From the IMG/VR virus record IMGVR_UViG_3300024265_000031: DNA of 64,000 nucleotides, one strand, 5' to 3'. The first letter of the stretch is position 1. Every line of letters begins with the position of its first letter. Under the pieces are notes generated by a model, which was not told where the DNA came from, searched no databases, and saw nothing but the letters and a program-made list of their open reading frames with translations. Below, piece by piece: positions 39,302-50,707 of the stretch. The position numbers were made by a program, and so were the translations under genes. The stretch comes from a virus.

Positions 39302-39383
39302 TGGATGCGAAAGGGCTCGAACCTATAATGCTTTACGCGCCTGATTTACAGTCAGGTTCCTTATCCATTTTGGATACACATCC
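39302..39383 (-). tRNA. tRNA-Tyr(GTA)
   Basis: cctga-ctgtaaa-tcagg; long variable arm. Confidence 0.9.
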
Positions 39384-39390
39384 ATATCTG

Positions 39391-39477
39391 CGGAGAATGC
39401 TAGGATCGAACTAGCGCACCCAATTACGGATGACCTCAATTTAGCAAATTGGTGCTTTGCCACTCAGCCAATTCTCC
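39391..39477 (-). tRNA. tRNA-Ser(GCT)
   Basis: Loop ttgctaa; long variable arm; G73. Confidence 0.88.
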
Positions 39478-39478
39478 A

Positions 39479-39565
39479 AGGAAGGTGGTGGGATTGAACC
39501 ACCGCACCCCGTTAAGGATGTCATCAGTTTTCAAGACTGCAGCATTACCACTCTGCCAACCTTCC
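39479..39565 (-). tRNA. tRNA-Ser(TGA)
   Basis: Loop cttgaaa; long variable arm. Confidence 0.88.
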
Positions 39566-39782
39566 AATAAATTGTTAAGGTGCTTTTCTAAATGTTATAA
39601 AAAATAAAAAATTTATACCCCAATATGTTTCCATGTGATGCCGTCTTGATGGGCTTATTGCAAATGAAAACAAAGAATGTTTTCCTAGTCTTAGAATATA
39701 TATTCGAAAAACTCCATATTCATAATTTATACTAAATAAATCAAAATTAAATGTTTTCAAATAAAATCTCCGTTTTATTCAA

Positions 39783-40031
39783 TCACCAAGATATTTCTAT
39801 TGTTTCCATACTTTTTTTATATGATTCCTTAATAGCGGCTTGATATCCATGGTAAGCTAACCATTTAAGAATATCAATGGCATGCTTTTCATTCACAAGA
39901 ATATCAATACCACAATTTCCATTCTGGCATTTTTTTGTTATCTCTTGTGTAATCCTGTGTTTATATTTTTTTAAAACATCTTCAGATTCAATAATCTCGC
40001 GTGCTTCTTTTGCCATAATTAAATTATTCAT
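39783..40031 (-). CDS. Hypothetical protein (ISW-ending paralog family)
   Basis: AKEAREI..CQNG..IEISW. Confidence 0.6.
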   Translation of the reverse strand: MNNLIMAKEAREIIESEDVLKKYKHRITQEITKKCQNGNCGIDILVNEKHAIDILKWLAYHGYQAAIKESYKKSMETIEISW

Positions 40032-40573
40032 ATATTTTCTCCAGATAAAAATTCGTTTTATTCAAAACAATGGGCGGTGCAGGTATTATAATTTTACCAC
40101 ATCCCATACACCTTATAGCCACAGCAACAACCATAAACATAAATCCTTCTACTGTATGTCCACTATCTTTATTGCAATGGCGGCAAACAATAGGTGTTGA
40201 TTTTGATTGATATCCATATTGATTTTTATTGATTTGTAATTCCATTTTATTCTCCAGATAAAATATTCGTTTTATTCTGTTTTTATTTGATCTATTGCAC
40301 TACATAATTTCACAAACATATCACGAATCTCATAAATATCTTCAATACTATTTATAGCAAAAAGACAATCATTAAATTCTGATAATATTAAGTTTTCGCG
40401 TAAACGCAATTCTTTATTTTGTGTAACTTCAATATCTCCTCGAAGAGCAAATACTCGATTCCAATGATCACTAATAATATTCACATGTTTTATATGTACA
40501 TCTGTTATATTCAAAACATCAAGATCTATTTTTTCCATTTTATATTTTCCTTATTTCCAAATAAAAATTTGTT

Positions 40574-41008
40574 TTATTCGTAATACCAGCTTATTTGTAG
40601 TTTAATGGCATTACTTTCACAAGACACACTTCCACAATCTCTAGCACCATATTTTAACTTAACAAGATGCGATAAAATTCTTGAAACATTTTTTTGATGA
40701 ACACAAACATCAATTGAATATTCTCCATTTTGACAAGCTGTTGTAATAGCAGAGCTAACAATATTGAAATCTTTTTGAAAATCTTCATTTATTGCTGTAG
40801 CAATTTCTTGTGCTTGTTTTGCATTTATCATTTTTGTTTCCTTTATTTCTCTTTGGTGTTGTATAACTTGATCAAGAACTATTGTAGTAATAAGTTCGGG
40901 ATTTCTTTTTCCTAAATTTATAGCAGCACCAAGCCTTCTTGGTTCAAATACATCGATATGTAACCAATAAAAATCTTCTTGATCTCTGGAAATTTTTAAT
41001 TTATCCAT
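40574..41008 (-). CDS. Hypothetical protein; C-terminal half is an ISW-family paralog
   Basis: Start corrected to MDKL; internal MINAKQAQEI..CQNG..LQISW. Confidence 0.55.
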   Translation of the reverse strand: MDKLKISRDQEDFYWLHIDVFEPRRLGAAINLGKRNPELITTIVLDQVIQHQREIKETKMINAKQAQEIATAINEDFQKDFNIVSSAITTACQNGEYSIDVCVHQKNVSRILSHLVKLKYGARDCGSVSCESNAIKLQISWYYE

Positions 41009-41042
41009 TTTTTCTCCAAGATAAAACCTTCGTTTCATTTGA

Positions 41043-41119
41043 TGGGGTGACTGAGGAGATTTGAACTCCCAACTTCTGCATTCACAGTGCAGCGTTCCGC
41101 CAATTGAACTACAGCCACC
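41043..41119 (-). tRNA. tRNA-His(GTG), G-1 and CCA encoded
   Basis: ctgca-ctgtgaa-tgcag. Confidence 0.92.
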
Positions 41120-41168
41120 AGGCGATGGTTGGTATCGAATCTAGATTCGTCACCATGCCATCATCTTT

Positions 41169-41197
41169 ATCTTACCACAAATATCATTGTTTGTCAA
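41169..41197 (-). promoter_or_regulatory. Sigma70-type promoter upstream of tRNA-His
   Basis: TTGACA-17 bp-TAAGAT with TG extension. Confidence 0.8.
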
Positions 41198-42553
41198 GTC
41201 ATTCCCAAGAAATCATAATGTCATATGTACCATGGTGACATTTATCTATAGAAACTTCCCAACCCATCATGGCACAATATGATTTAATTTGACATATTGT
41301 ATTGTCAGACATATAGACATCAAATAACCCGTAGTGGAATTTATCTTTGTTGGTTTGATATTCCATGATGCAACAAAGGGCATCGCCAATAAATTCCCTA
41401 TCTATAGATAAAATTTTCATTTCATCTACCAATCGTCACCTTGTTTTATCTCATTCAGCGCAACATTGGCCACTAACACAGCAAACTCTTGATCACTCAT
41501 TTCTTTAGCGATACAGATCAAATCTTTAATTGTAATATTATCTAAAACGTTATCGTTATACCAAAACCCCACTCCATAATTTTCACCCATTGCTAAAGGA
41601 TAAGGATATTTGGCAACTTCTATTTTTATTCCCAATGATAACGCTCTTAATATAATGCTGGCCCTGTGTATTAAAAGTTTAGTTGATTTTTCAGTCATTG
41701 TATTCCTTGTTTATATTACAAGTCTTGCATGCATCCATACAACAATCAGATCCATTGTACAAACATAAATCATTTTGATGATCCCAATCAAAAAAATTTG
41801 GAGCACAATAAAACCTACAAACTTTTATTGGTTGAGAAAAACTTTGCATGTTGAAAGATCCAGTAATTTCATAACAATACATTCCAACGGGCACATATTT
41901 CTTAGCGTTAAGCATTATTCTTGGATGAAAAATCATCCAAATCAACCTATAAATCCATCTATGAATCAAATAAAATCGGTATTTCATTTCAAACATTTTA
42001 TTTTTTTTCTTAAAATATAATTAAAATTTTCAATATGAACACCAACTATTTTCCGATCTTTTGATCTTCGAAGCCATGCCAATTCACCTTTTCCAAAATA
42101 AGATACTATAGTTTCTTCATATTTATTTGTCAAAAAAATTCGAAGAATGTCAGCATGTTTATCATATTGAATATGTTTTTTTATCCAATTCATGATTTTA
42201 TATGGCATTTATTTATTCTCTCCTTTTATAAAATTGTGGATGACTAGATGGATGTTCATGTAATCTAATTTTTTTTTCTCTAATTATAAATTTTCCCTTA
42301 ATGGTTTGCTTTTTTTTAGGTAGTCTAGACGGCGGAATATTTAATTCCATTTTATTATTTTCTTTAAAAATAAGATCCCAAAAAAATTCAAATACAAATA
42401 GAACTATATGAAAAGAAACATAATAAATAAAAGCAATTGCAAGGAATATGATAAGATATATGTCACCTAGATGTTTACGAATCTTTATCAATTTTTCTTA
42501 TTCCTTTTGTTTTCTCATTAATGACCCAAATAAAATGGTTCTTTTATTTAAAT

Positions 42554-43804
42554 TCATTGTGTTGTCAATATTTCTGTTCTAATCTTATCTAATATTTCTT
42601 CAATGTCCATATTCATCAATACCATATTTTGTATCTCTGCAATTGTAATATCTTCTCTTATATTAAATTCAATTTTAATTTCTTTATCAAAAAATTTGCT
42701 CAAAAAATCTTGTACCATTTCTCTAGTAGCATAACCAATTTCTACCTTCAAATCTATTCGACCTGGTCTAATAAGGGCAGAATCTAATTTTTCAACATGG
42801 TTAGTTGTAGATACTAAAATTCTTCCATGAGAAGAAAAAAATCCATCAATAGAATTCAAAATTCCAGATAAACCAATTTTATTTATATCATCAAACAAAC
42901 TATCTATTTCTTCTATTTCATTCTTGCCATTCTTTTTATTTGTTTTTTTCTTACGACTTTTTGTAAGATTGCTGGAATCAATGTCTTCGATAACAAGAAT
43001 AGCCCTATCAGGTAACTCGCTCACCGCACTTTCTATTTTCATTAAGCTTTGAGCCCCCAAATAAAAAATAGGATAGTTTAAATATGTTGCAATTGCTTTA
43101 ATCATGCTCGTTTTGCCAGTGCCAGGATGACCATGCAATAATATTCCCAATTGATAAGGTATTCCCATATCTATATACCAATCTTCTTTTTCAATAAATC
43201 TATCTAAACTATCAAATATTATTTTTTTCTTATTGCTCTCTAAAAAAACACTTTCGGGATTCCTTGAAGAAATATTTTTAACATAAGACCAATAAGAATG
43301 ATCCATTTTATATATTTCGATTCCCTCCTTTTGTGAAATCGAATCTGCATTTTTTACAAAACTTTTTAGAATATTTGAATTTCTTCCTAAACATGTTAGC
43401 TTCAAACTGTCTTTTTCATATTCAGTATTATTTGCGCTTTCTTTATCAATACGAACAATAATTATTCGTTTTTCATAAAGAATAAAATGAGTTCCATAAC
43501 CCATAGAAATAGTAATAGCTTTATCACCGCCATATCTTCCACTTGTAACTTTCAATCTTCTAAAATTTTTATCTCCATAATTATCTTGCAAAGTTTTTAA
43601 AATTTTATAATAAACAATATTGGCATTTGACATTTCAATATCGGTTGTAAAAAATCTTTTTATATTATTGATTATTGATAATGGAAGATCTTTAATCCAA
43701 AAAGTTATTATGCCAGCACCACTTAAACCAATAAGAGTTGTTAACAGTTGATTTTCCTCAATTTTTGCAATAATTGTTTCAATGATTTTTATAATGTCGT
43801 CCAA
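42554..43804 (-). CDS. BCS1-like AAA+ ATPase with N-terminal TM segment
   Basis: WY...GIPYQLGILLHGHPGTGKTS, IEDID, LSGILNSIDG, TTNH.EKLD.ALIRPGRID. Confidence 0.85.
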   Translation of the reverse strand: MDDIIKIIETIIAKIEENQLLTTLIGLSGAGIITFWIKDLPLSIINNIKRFFTTDIEMSNANIVYYKILKTLQDNYGDKNFRRLKVTSGRYGGDKAITISMGYGTHFILYEKRIIIVRIDKESANNTEYEKDSLKLTCLGRNSNILKSFVKNADSISQKEGIEIYKMDHSYWSYVKNISSRNPESVFLESNKKKIIFDSLDRFIEKEDWYIDMGIPYQLGILLHGHPGTGKTSMIKAIATYLNYPIFYLGAQSLMKIESAVSELPDRAILVIEDIDSSNLTKSRKKKTNKKNGKNEIEEIDSLFDDINKIGLSGILNSIDGFFSSHGRILVSTTNHVEKLDSALIRPGRIDLKVEIGYATREMVQDFLSKFFDKEIKIEFNIREDITIAEIQNMVLMNMDIEEILDKIRTEILTTQ

Positions 43805-44958
43805 AAAAATCTCCTATTGTCTCCAATAAAACTCTCTTTTATCTAATAATGTGTTACATATGTGGAGCTTAAACAAAAGGGACAATCGTAATATTTTTTA
43901 TCAAAGTGTTTTTTACAAGCGCCACAATAGCGATGGCTCTTGTGTTTCTTGCGATACTTTTTTATTTTTTTCCATATTTCCTTATCAGTTCTAGGTTGTT
44001 TCATTTTTCTCCAATAAAATCTCTCTTTTATCTATCCTATCTTGTTTACCCATTCATTGTATATCTCTAATGCAAAAAGATTGGTAGCGTCCTTCAAAAG
44101 AAATTCTAGTTCCATAATATCCTCTTCTAATTGATCAATTTTTTCTTTAAGTTTTTTGTTTTCATCCCATAAACGTTCATAGTCTTTATCTGAACACATT
44201 ATCTTTCTCCAACAAAACACACTTTTATCTAAAGGACTTCTGATACCACTTTAAACTTATAGCCACAAAAACACTTTATATGTCCATATTCTATTCGTGT
44301 TGAGCAAAGGTTTTCACCAATACTTTCACATTCAGGGCACACATAATACCATTTATTAACATTGGCATAATATTTACATATGCTTGCTTTTACTATTTTC
44401 ATTTTCTCCAAGATAAAACCTATGTTTTATCTTCTTAATTTTGCAAATCTTATTTCAAAAGAATCTTTATCTGTTGGCATAATTTTTTCTATCATCATAC
44501 CAAGAAGTCCTTTTCTTTTTATTAGAACAACGTGATCTAAAACTAAATCCTCCTCATTGTCATATCCACTAATATTTCCGTTGTTCCAAAGTTCGCCCAA
44601 TATTCCATCTTTTACCATATTCGCAAAATCTTGAATATCTTCTGTTGTATATTGATATATTTGCATTTTCATTTTTTCTCCATTGTATTTTTACACAATT
44701 CACAACTACAAATTGGTTGCCATCCTTCCATATCGCCAAATCTTTGAGCCATAGTTTCAAAAGTAATGGGTACATCATCAATGCTTTTATCCCTATAGGG
44801 CATCATATCTATCCAATCATCAATTTCCCAAGACCACGCTTTCCACATCATTGATTTTGCCTGAGTTGCATTTTTACCATGTACATGATCTCCCCATTCT
44901 TTATCAGGGTTGGCATATACAAAATATCCTTTATGTTTTGTCATATAAAATTCTTGTT

Positions 44959-45666
44959 TTATTTGTTCCCTATAAAATTTTTAAGTGTTCTAACTAATTG
45001 TTGTTTTGTATTGTTACTAATATTGAATTGATCATAGTCTTCATCCCATTCTGCAGGTTCTATTTCTTCAATGTCTTTTATCCATGTGCCAAATGTATCT
45101 GTACTTTTTTCATAGTTTTCATCAAGTGTCATATATACAATTTGAACTTCTTCATTTCTCCCATGTTCTAATTGTATTTTGCCTCTCAATGATGTAGTGC
45201 TACAAACTGTACCATCTTTAAAAAATACAGATATAGCACTTTTAACAATTTTTGAAGGTCTTCCGCACCCATCAGATAACCAAATTTTTTCTGTAACAGT
45301 ACGATAAAAATCCGTTCCTTTTTTATTTTTTGGCTTAGGAGCGCCACAAGCCCAACAACATCCTCTTTTAGTTGTAGCAGAATTGCTATCACACCATTCA
45401 CAATGAGTCCTGACTATTCCCTCTGATTGAATATAGTTTTCTTCTAGTCGCTGCAGTCTTTCTTCGATGGCATATCGCCAATCCTCAAATGACATATGTT
45501 TTGGGTATGGACTCGCTGATCCAAATACACATTGTAGATCTTCTGAACTAATAAATGATCCAACCAATGCATTTCCTGAAAGAACAAATGATCCAGCAGA
45601 TGACCCAGATGGTATATAATTTGCCATATCTTTTTCTATTGCCTCAGCTATGTTAGCCATTACCAT
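44959..45666 (-). CDS. Hypothetical protein with Zn ribbon
   Basis: CEWC...CWACGAP. Confidence 0.6.
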   Translation of the reverse strand: MVMANIAEAIEKDMANYIPSGSSAGSFVLSGNALVGSFISSEDLQCVFGSASPYPKHMSFEDWRYAIEERLQRLEENYIQSEGIVRTHCEWCDSNSATTKRGCCWACGAPKPKNKKGTDFYRTVTEKIWLSDGCGRPSKIVKSAISVFFKDGTVCSTTSLRGKIQLEHGRNEEVQIVYMTLDENYEKSTDTFGTWIKDIEEIEPAEWDEDYDQFNISNNTKQQLVRTLKNFIGNK

Positions 45667-45693
45667 TATTTCGCCTCAGATAAAAGACTTGTT

Positions 45694-47010
45694 TTATTGG
45701 TTCCAAATTTTTGCTAATTGTTTCGTATATTGTTTGTCATTAATGCAACGCCCAACTGGAATATAATTAATTCTAAGTTTATTAGATAATTCTTGGTCAA
45801 GAATTCGCCAAAAATCTATTACTGTAGTGTTTGGTAAAAAATCTTCTACAGTAAGAGATTTAAATACTGGATCTGGATTAGTAATTAACACAATGTTTGC
45901 TCGTTTTAAACAATATTTGAGCGAATTATATCCTTCCACCAAAGGATCATATCCAACAACCCGCACATCAATTCTATTTAATGCTTGCAACAAACTCATT
46001 GCTTGAGATTCTTCTGTTACTTGTGAATGTGGTTTATAAGCAAGTCCTAAAATAGCCACTGTTGTTTCTTTTGTTATCATAGGCATTAATTGATGAACAA
46101 TGCGACTAGGCAATAACCGATTCATTTGATCTGTTACTTCCGCTATTCCAGATTCAGAACCAATTGCATTTGCAAAATAACCCAACGCAAGATTGTCTCT
46201 TGGAAAACAAGGGCCACCATAGCCTAAAGCACCTTTCAAATATTTATTGCCAATACGCGTGTCAGCCCCTAGCGCATCAGTTACTATATCTACATTGCCC
46301 CCAGGAATACGTTCACATAAATCAGCTAACATATTTGCATAAGTTATTTTAGTAGTAACATAAGTATTCAAAGCCACTTTAGTTAGCTCTGCATTTTCCA
46401 AACTCATACGTTTACAGGGTGAATTGTTTTCCATAATTTCTGAATAAAATTTTTCAAGGTATCCACCGCAGCGTTTATCAAATTCTCCAATAAGGGTAAA
46501 ATCAGGATTGAGAAAATCTTGAATAATACTCCCCAAAGCAATAAATTCAGGGCTGTAACATAAGCCAAAGTGATTGCCGCATTTTTTACTTGATACTTTT
46601 TCTAAAATGGGTAACAGCCCAAACCGTGTTGCGCCAGGGAGAACCGTACTCGCCAATACAATATTGTGATATTCATTTTTATTTTTAAGAACTTCACCTA
46701 TTTGATAAAAAACTTCAGATACATATTCTAACGAAAAGGATCCGTTTGGATTACTGGGTGTGGGAACTATTACGAATGACAGATCTGAATTCATAATGGC
46801 ATCCGTATAGTCCTTGGTCGCCCTAATGCGAAGACTATTATCCGCTACAGTCTCTTCTAAGTTAGTCTCTTGTACGGGCGCATGTCCTGCATTAACTAAA
46901 TCTATTGTTTGTTGATTGTTATCAACGCCTATAACATTGAAACCTTTGCTTGCAATGGCTGCTGTCATGCTTGCCCCCAATTTTCCTAATCCGATGATTG
47001 ATATTGTCAT
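45694..47010 (-). CDS. UDP-glucose/GDP-mannose dehydrogenase family protein
   Basis: GLGKLG, VPTP, STV.PG, PEF, AELTK, GYGGPCFPRD. Confidence 0.9.
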   Translation of the reverse strand: MTISIIGLGKLGASMTAAIASKGFNVIGVDNNQQTIDLVNAGHAPVQETNLEETVADNSLRIRATKDYTDAIMNSDLSFVIVPTPSNPNGSFSLEYVSEVFYQIGEVLKNKNEYHNIVLASTVLPGATRFGLLPILEKVSSKKCGNHFGLCYSPEFIALGSIIQDFLNPDFTLIGEFDKRCGGYLEKFYSEIMENNSPCKRMSLENAELTKVALNTYVTTKITYANMLADLCERIPGGNVDIVTDALGADTRIGNKYLKGALGYGGPCFPRDNLALGYFANAIGSESGIAEVTDQMNRLLPSRIVHQLMPMITKETTVAILGLAYKPHSQVTEESQAMSLLQALNRIDVRVVGYDPLVEGYNSLKYCLKRANIVLITNPDPVFKSLTVEDFLPNTTVIDFWRILDQELSNKLRINYIPVGRCINDKQYTKQLAKIWNQ

Positions 47011-47026
47011 TTGTTTAATCTCCTAG

Positions 47027-47099
47027 AGAGGGTGGTGAGATTCGGACTCACGGCTTCCAATTTGGAAGAATGGCACTCTACCAACTGAGTTACACCCTC
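47027..47099 (-). tRNA. tRNA-Gly(TCC)
   Basis: Loop cttccaa; U73. Confidence 0.82.
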
Positions 47100-47102
47100 G
47101 CA

Positions 47103-47175
47103 CTCCCACGCCTTGATTCGAACAAGGAACTTCAGTGTTAACAGCACCGTACTCTGCCAGTTGAGTTACATGGGA
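47103..47175 (-). tRNA. tRNA-Asn(GTT)
   Basis: cggtg-ctgttaa-cactg. Confidence 0.9.
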
Positions 47176-47202
47176 TCTACCTATAACTATACCATTAATT
47201 CA

Positions 47203-48180
47203 TCATTCTGTCAAGGATAATTGATTAACTTGTTCCTCAATCCATGTATAAGTTCTTGTCAATCCATCTTCAAGAGATATTTGTGGCTCCCATCCAAGCA
47301 CTTCTTTTAGTCTAGTGTTATCTGAATTACGCCCTCTTACTCCTTGTGGCCCAGATATGTGTTCGTACTCCGCTTCAACATTGGCAATTTTACAAATAAT
47401 ATCCGCCAATCTATTAATACTTATTATGCGATCTTGTCCTAAATTGAGAGGAGGGTGATAGTTTGACATCATTAATTTATATATGCCTTCTATACAATCA
47501 TCAATATAGCAAAAAGAACGAGTTTGTTCACCATCTCCCCAGATTTGTATTGTGTAGTCGTTTCTTCGTTTTGCTAAAGCTACCTTGCGACATAGTGCAG
47601 CGGGTACTTTTTCTCGCCCGCCTCTCCAAGTTCCCATTGTTCCAAAAATATTGTGAAAACGAACAATCCGTGTTTCAAAACCATAATCAGAACGATAGCG
47701 CAAACACATTTGTTCACTTATTAATTTTTCCCATCCATAAGCATCTTGTGGTTGGGCTGGATACGCGTCATCTTCTTTAAGAGGAACAACCTCTTCGCTT
47801 TCTTGAAGATATTCTGGATATATACAGGCTGAAGATGTATAAAGATATCGTTCTACACCATTCAAGTATGCAGCATGAAGTGTGTGTGTATTGATAAGGC
47901 TGTTGTTGTGCAAAATTTGTGCATGATTACCAGAAATAAATCCCATGCCGCCCATATCGGCCGCTAAAGCATAAACATGGTCAACATTTCTAGTAGCTTG
48001 TAGACAATTATCCCACTTCCTTAAATCAAGTATTTCAAATATATCTGCTTTAGTGGTTTCAAACTTTGGATAATGAAGATCCACACCTCTTACCCAATAT
48101 CCCTTTGACTTGAGATCGTTAACGAGATGATGACCAATAAATCCACCAGCGCCAGTAACAAGAATATTTTTATTTTGCAT
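47203..48180 (-). CDS. NAD-dependent epimerase, GDP-mannose 3,5-epimerase-like
   Basis: GAGGFIG, AADMGGMGFI, SSACIYP, PQDAYGWEK, GGREKVPAALCRK. Confidence 0.88.
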   Translation of the reverse strand: MQNKNILVTGAGGFIGHHLVNDLKSKGYWVRGVDLHYPKFETTKADIFEILDLRKWDNCLQATRNVDHVYALAADMGGMGFISGNHAQILHNNSLINTHTLHAAYLNGVERYLYTSSACIYPEYLQESEEVVPLKEDDAYPAQPQDAYGWEKLISEQMCLRYRSDYGFETRIVRFHNIFGTMGTWRGGREKVPAALCRKVALAKRRNDYTIQIWGDGEQTRSFCYIDDCIEGIYKLMMSNYHPPLNLGQDRIISINRLADIICKIANVEAEYEHISGPQGVRGRNSDNTRLKEVLGWEPQISLEDGLTRTYTWIEEQVNQLSLTE

Positions 48181-48544
48181 ATGATTCCTTAATAAGCCAG
48201 TTTGCAGCCATAATGATTATATCACCATGGCAAGGTAGTGGAGCACAATAACAAACTAAAGCACTATATTTACCTTTGCCCATATTATCAAGCAATTGAA
48301 TAACTTCTTCGTTTTTATTTTTAATCATTTTCCAAAGATGATGACGATATTTTTCAATAGTCTCATATCGCTTTCCTACAAATGGATTATGAAGAATGGA
48401 TTCGGTTAGATTATATTTAGTACTTCTTCTCCCAATGTATAACCAATCATTGCCATAGTCTTTATTTATTTCATCAATAGAAATATGTTTGAGATTCAAT
48501 AAAATTAACATTTTATTCTTATTTCTATATAAAACCATAGCCAA
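48170..48544 (-). CDS. DUF4326-like protein
   Basis: YIGR..NPF..LVCYCAPLPCHGDII; true start probably MLILL. Confidence 0.75.
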   Translation of the reverse strand: MAMVLYRNKNKMLILLNLKHISIDEINKDYGNDWLYIGRRSTKYNLTESILHNPFVGKRYETIEKYRHHLWKMIKNKNEEVIQLLDNMGKGKYSALVCYCAPLPCHGDIIIMAANWLIKESYAK

Positions 48545-50707
48545 ATAAATATCATAAACTCTTGTTTGCCTTTCATTAATTGTCTTTTATATCTCCAAGG
48601 GATAATGAAAAATTGTAAGTGGGGAGACCTACCTATTTTAATTTTCATTTTTTAAATCCTCCAAATAAAACTAATCTTTTATTTACGATGGATAATGAAG
48701 TAAAACATCCTTTATACCATCATTCAAATCTTCCATATTTTTTAATTTTGTTTCAAGTTTTTCAATGTGTTCACTCATTCTACGAATAACTTTTGCAACA
48801 GCAAAATCATTTATCCATTTTTGAGTTTTAATATGTGTGAGTACAACTTCCTCAAGGCGATTCAAATCATAAAGCAATCCATCAACTGGTTGGTTGAAAA
48901 TCAAATCATTAATGTCCACAGCAATAAGTTCATTAGTTGCTAATAGAACAACTTTATTTTCCTTTGCTTTATCAAGTATAAAATTTTTCAGATTCTCTAT
49001 TTTTTCTTTTTCACTCATATTTCTCCAAATAAAACTAAAATTTTGTTTAGTATCCATCTACTATCTCTATCAAATATGGGCCACGATGTCCATGCCAAGA
49101 TAAAGTTATACAGTGCCCCTCCTCTTCCATGAATTCAAGTAAGTCTTCAATGCTGCCCATTTCAATTGTCCATCCATTTTGTTCAAAATCTCTACTTATT
49201 TCTCCGTGTTCAACGCGATGATTTTTTCCTTCGATCCACCATTCAGAATCATCTTTTTTATAACATGGAATTTTCTTAGGATCGTCTACGCTTCTTGTAT
49301 CAGTATAGATTACAATTTCCCTTATTGCATTTTTACACGGACTTCTATCATCATCCATGCGATAGGATCTTCTTTCACAAATAAATTTCATGTTGTATTC
49401 TCAATAAAATGCATCCTTTATTTAAAATATAGTTCCCTTACTCTTTCATATTCATTGTCAGCTTTTGTTCTACCCTTTAGATAGGCTATTTCATATTCTA
49501 TTGCTTCTTTATCATCATAAATATATGGAATCGAAAACGGAGGCAAAGGTTCGACATTCTTATTCTCACAACGTTTCAACAATTTGAAATACCATCCCCA
49601 AACATTTTCTACTGTATATTTTTTTCTTTTCCAAAACATTATATTTTTTCTCCAATAAAATGAGTCTTTTATTTAAGCAAAAGAACAAATGCAAATCCCC
49701 ACCATACAAATAAAGTCACAGCAATAAATGGAGCACAAATTGGGTTTGGGTTCCCATCTTCATCTGTAAATGCCCACCAAATAATTATTGAAGGCCATAT
49801 AACAGGTAAAAATGGTAGCCATATTAATATTCGTAGTGCTTTTTTTATAATTTCCACAATAAAATCAGCCTTTTATCTCGTCAATAATGCCTTGTATCTG
49901 TCTCTGCGGGAATTGATTAGTATATTCACTGCCGCCACCTATTCGTTCTACAAAATGCAATATTGCATCAATTGTTTTTCTCAATCTTTCAATTTCCTTT
50001 TGCATTGCAGCAATGGATCCTCTTAGCTCCCCGTCTGGCGCTATGGTTTCTGTTTCCATAAATGCATTGGATAAATAATCGCTTTCAGATTTTAATTTCT
50101 TAATCTCTGCTTCAAGTTCGTCAATATACTTGCCAACAGCTTTCAAATCATTTCTGTTTATTATTCGTATCATTCATATCTCCAAGTAAAAACATTTTTT
50201 ATCTAGTAAACCTTGCTCTCTCTTGTTATATCCAAATACCAATGGTTTTCTTTAACCCATTCTTTTAATTTTTTGTTATCTGGTTCTATCAATTGCAGGA
50301 GAATTATCATAGTGTTGTTACAAACAATATTCCATTCTACATTGTGCAATTCATTGATTGCATCCCATGCTTTACATGCCTCTTTACTGTCAAGGCTTTT
50401 ACGCAGAGATTTATGTAACGTATAACCCAAAGTGCTTGATAAATCTTCTATCCTTTTTTCTATGTCATTCATAATTTCTCCAAATAAAACACATTTTTTA
50501 TCTAGTATGATTTAATATACCCAATTCTTAAACCAACCATTGGGAAAAATCCAATATAAACACACTGATCAGAAATATACATTCCAATCCAAATATCATA
50601 CCATTTAAAATATGGTTCAAAGAACCATATATAAGTCCACTCCTTTTTCTTGCTTTTCCAAGTAAAAAAATTTGTTTTCATACATTGCTCCAAATAAAAC
50701 GTGTCTT

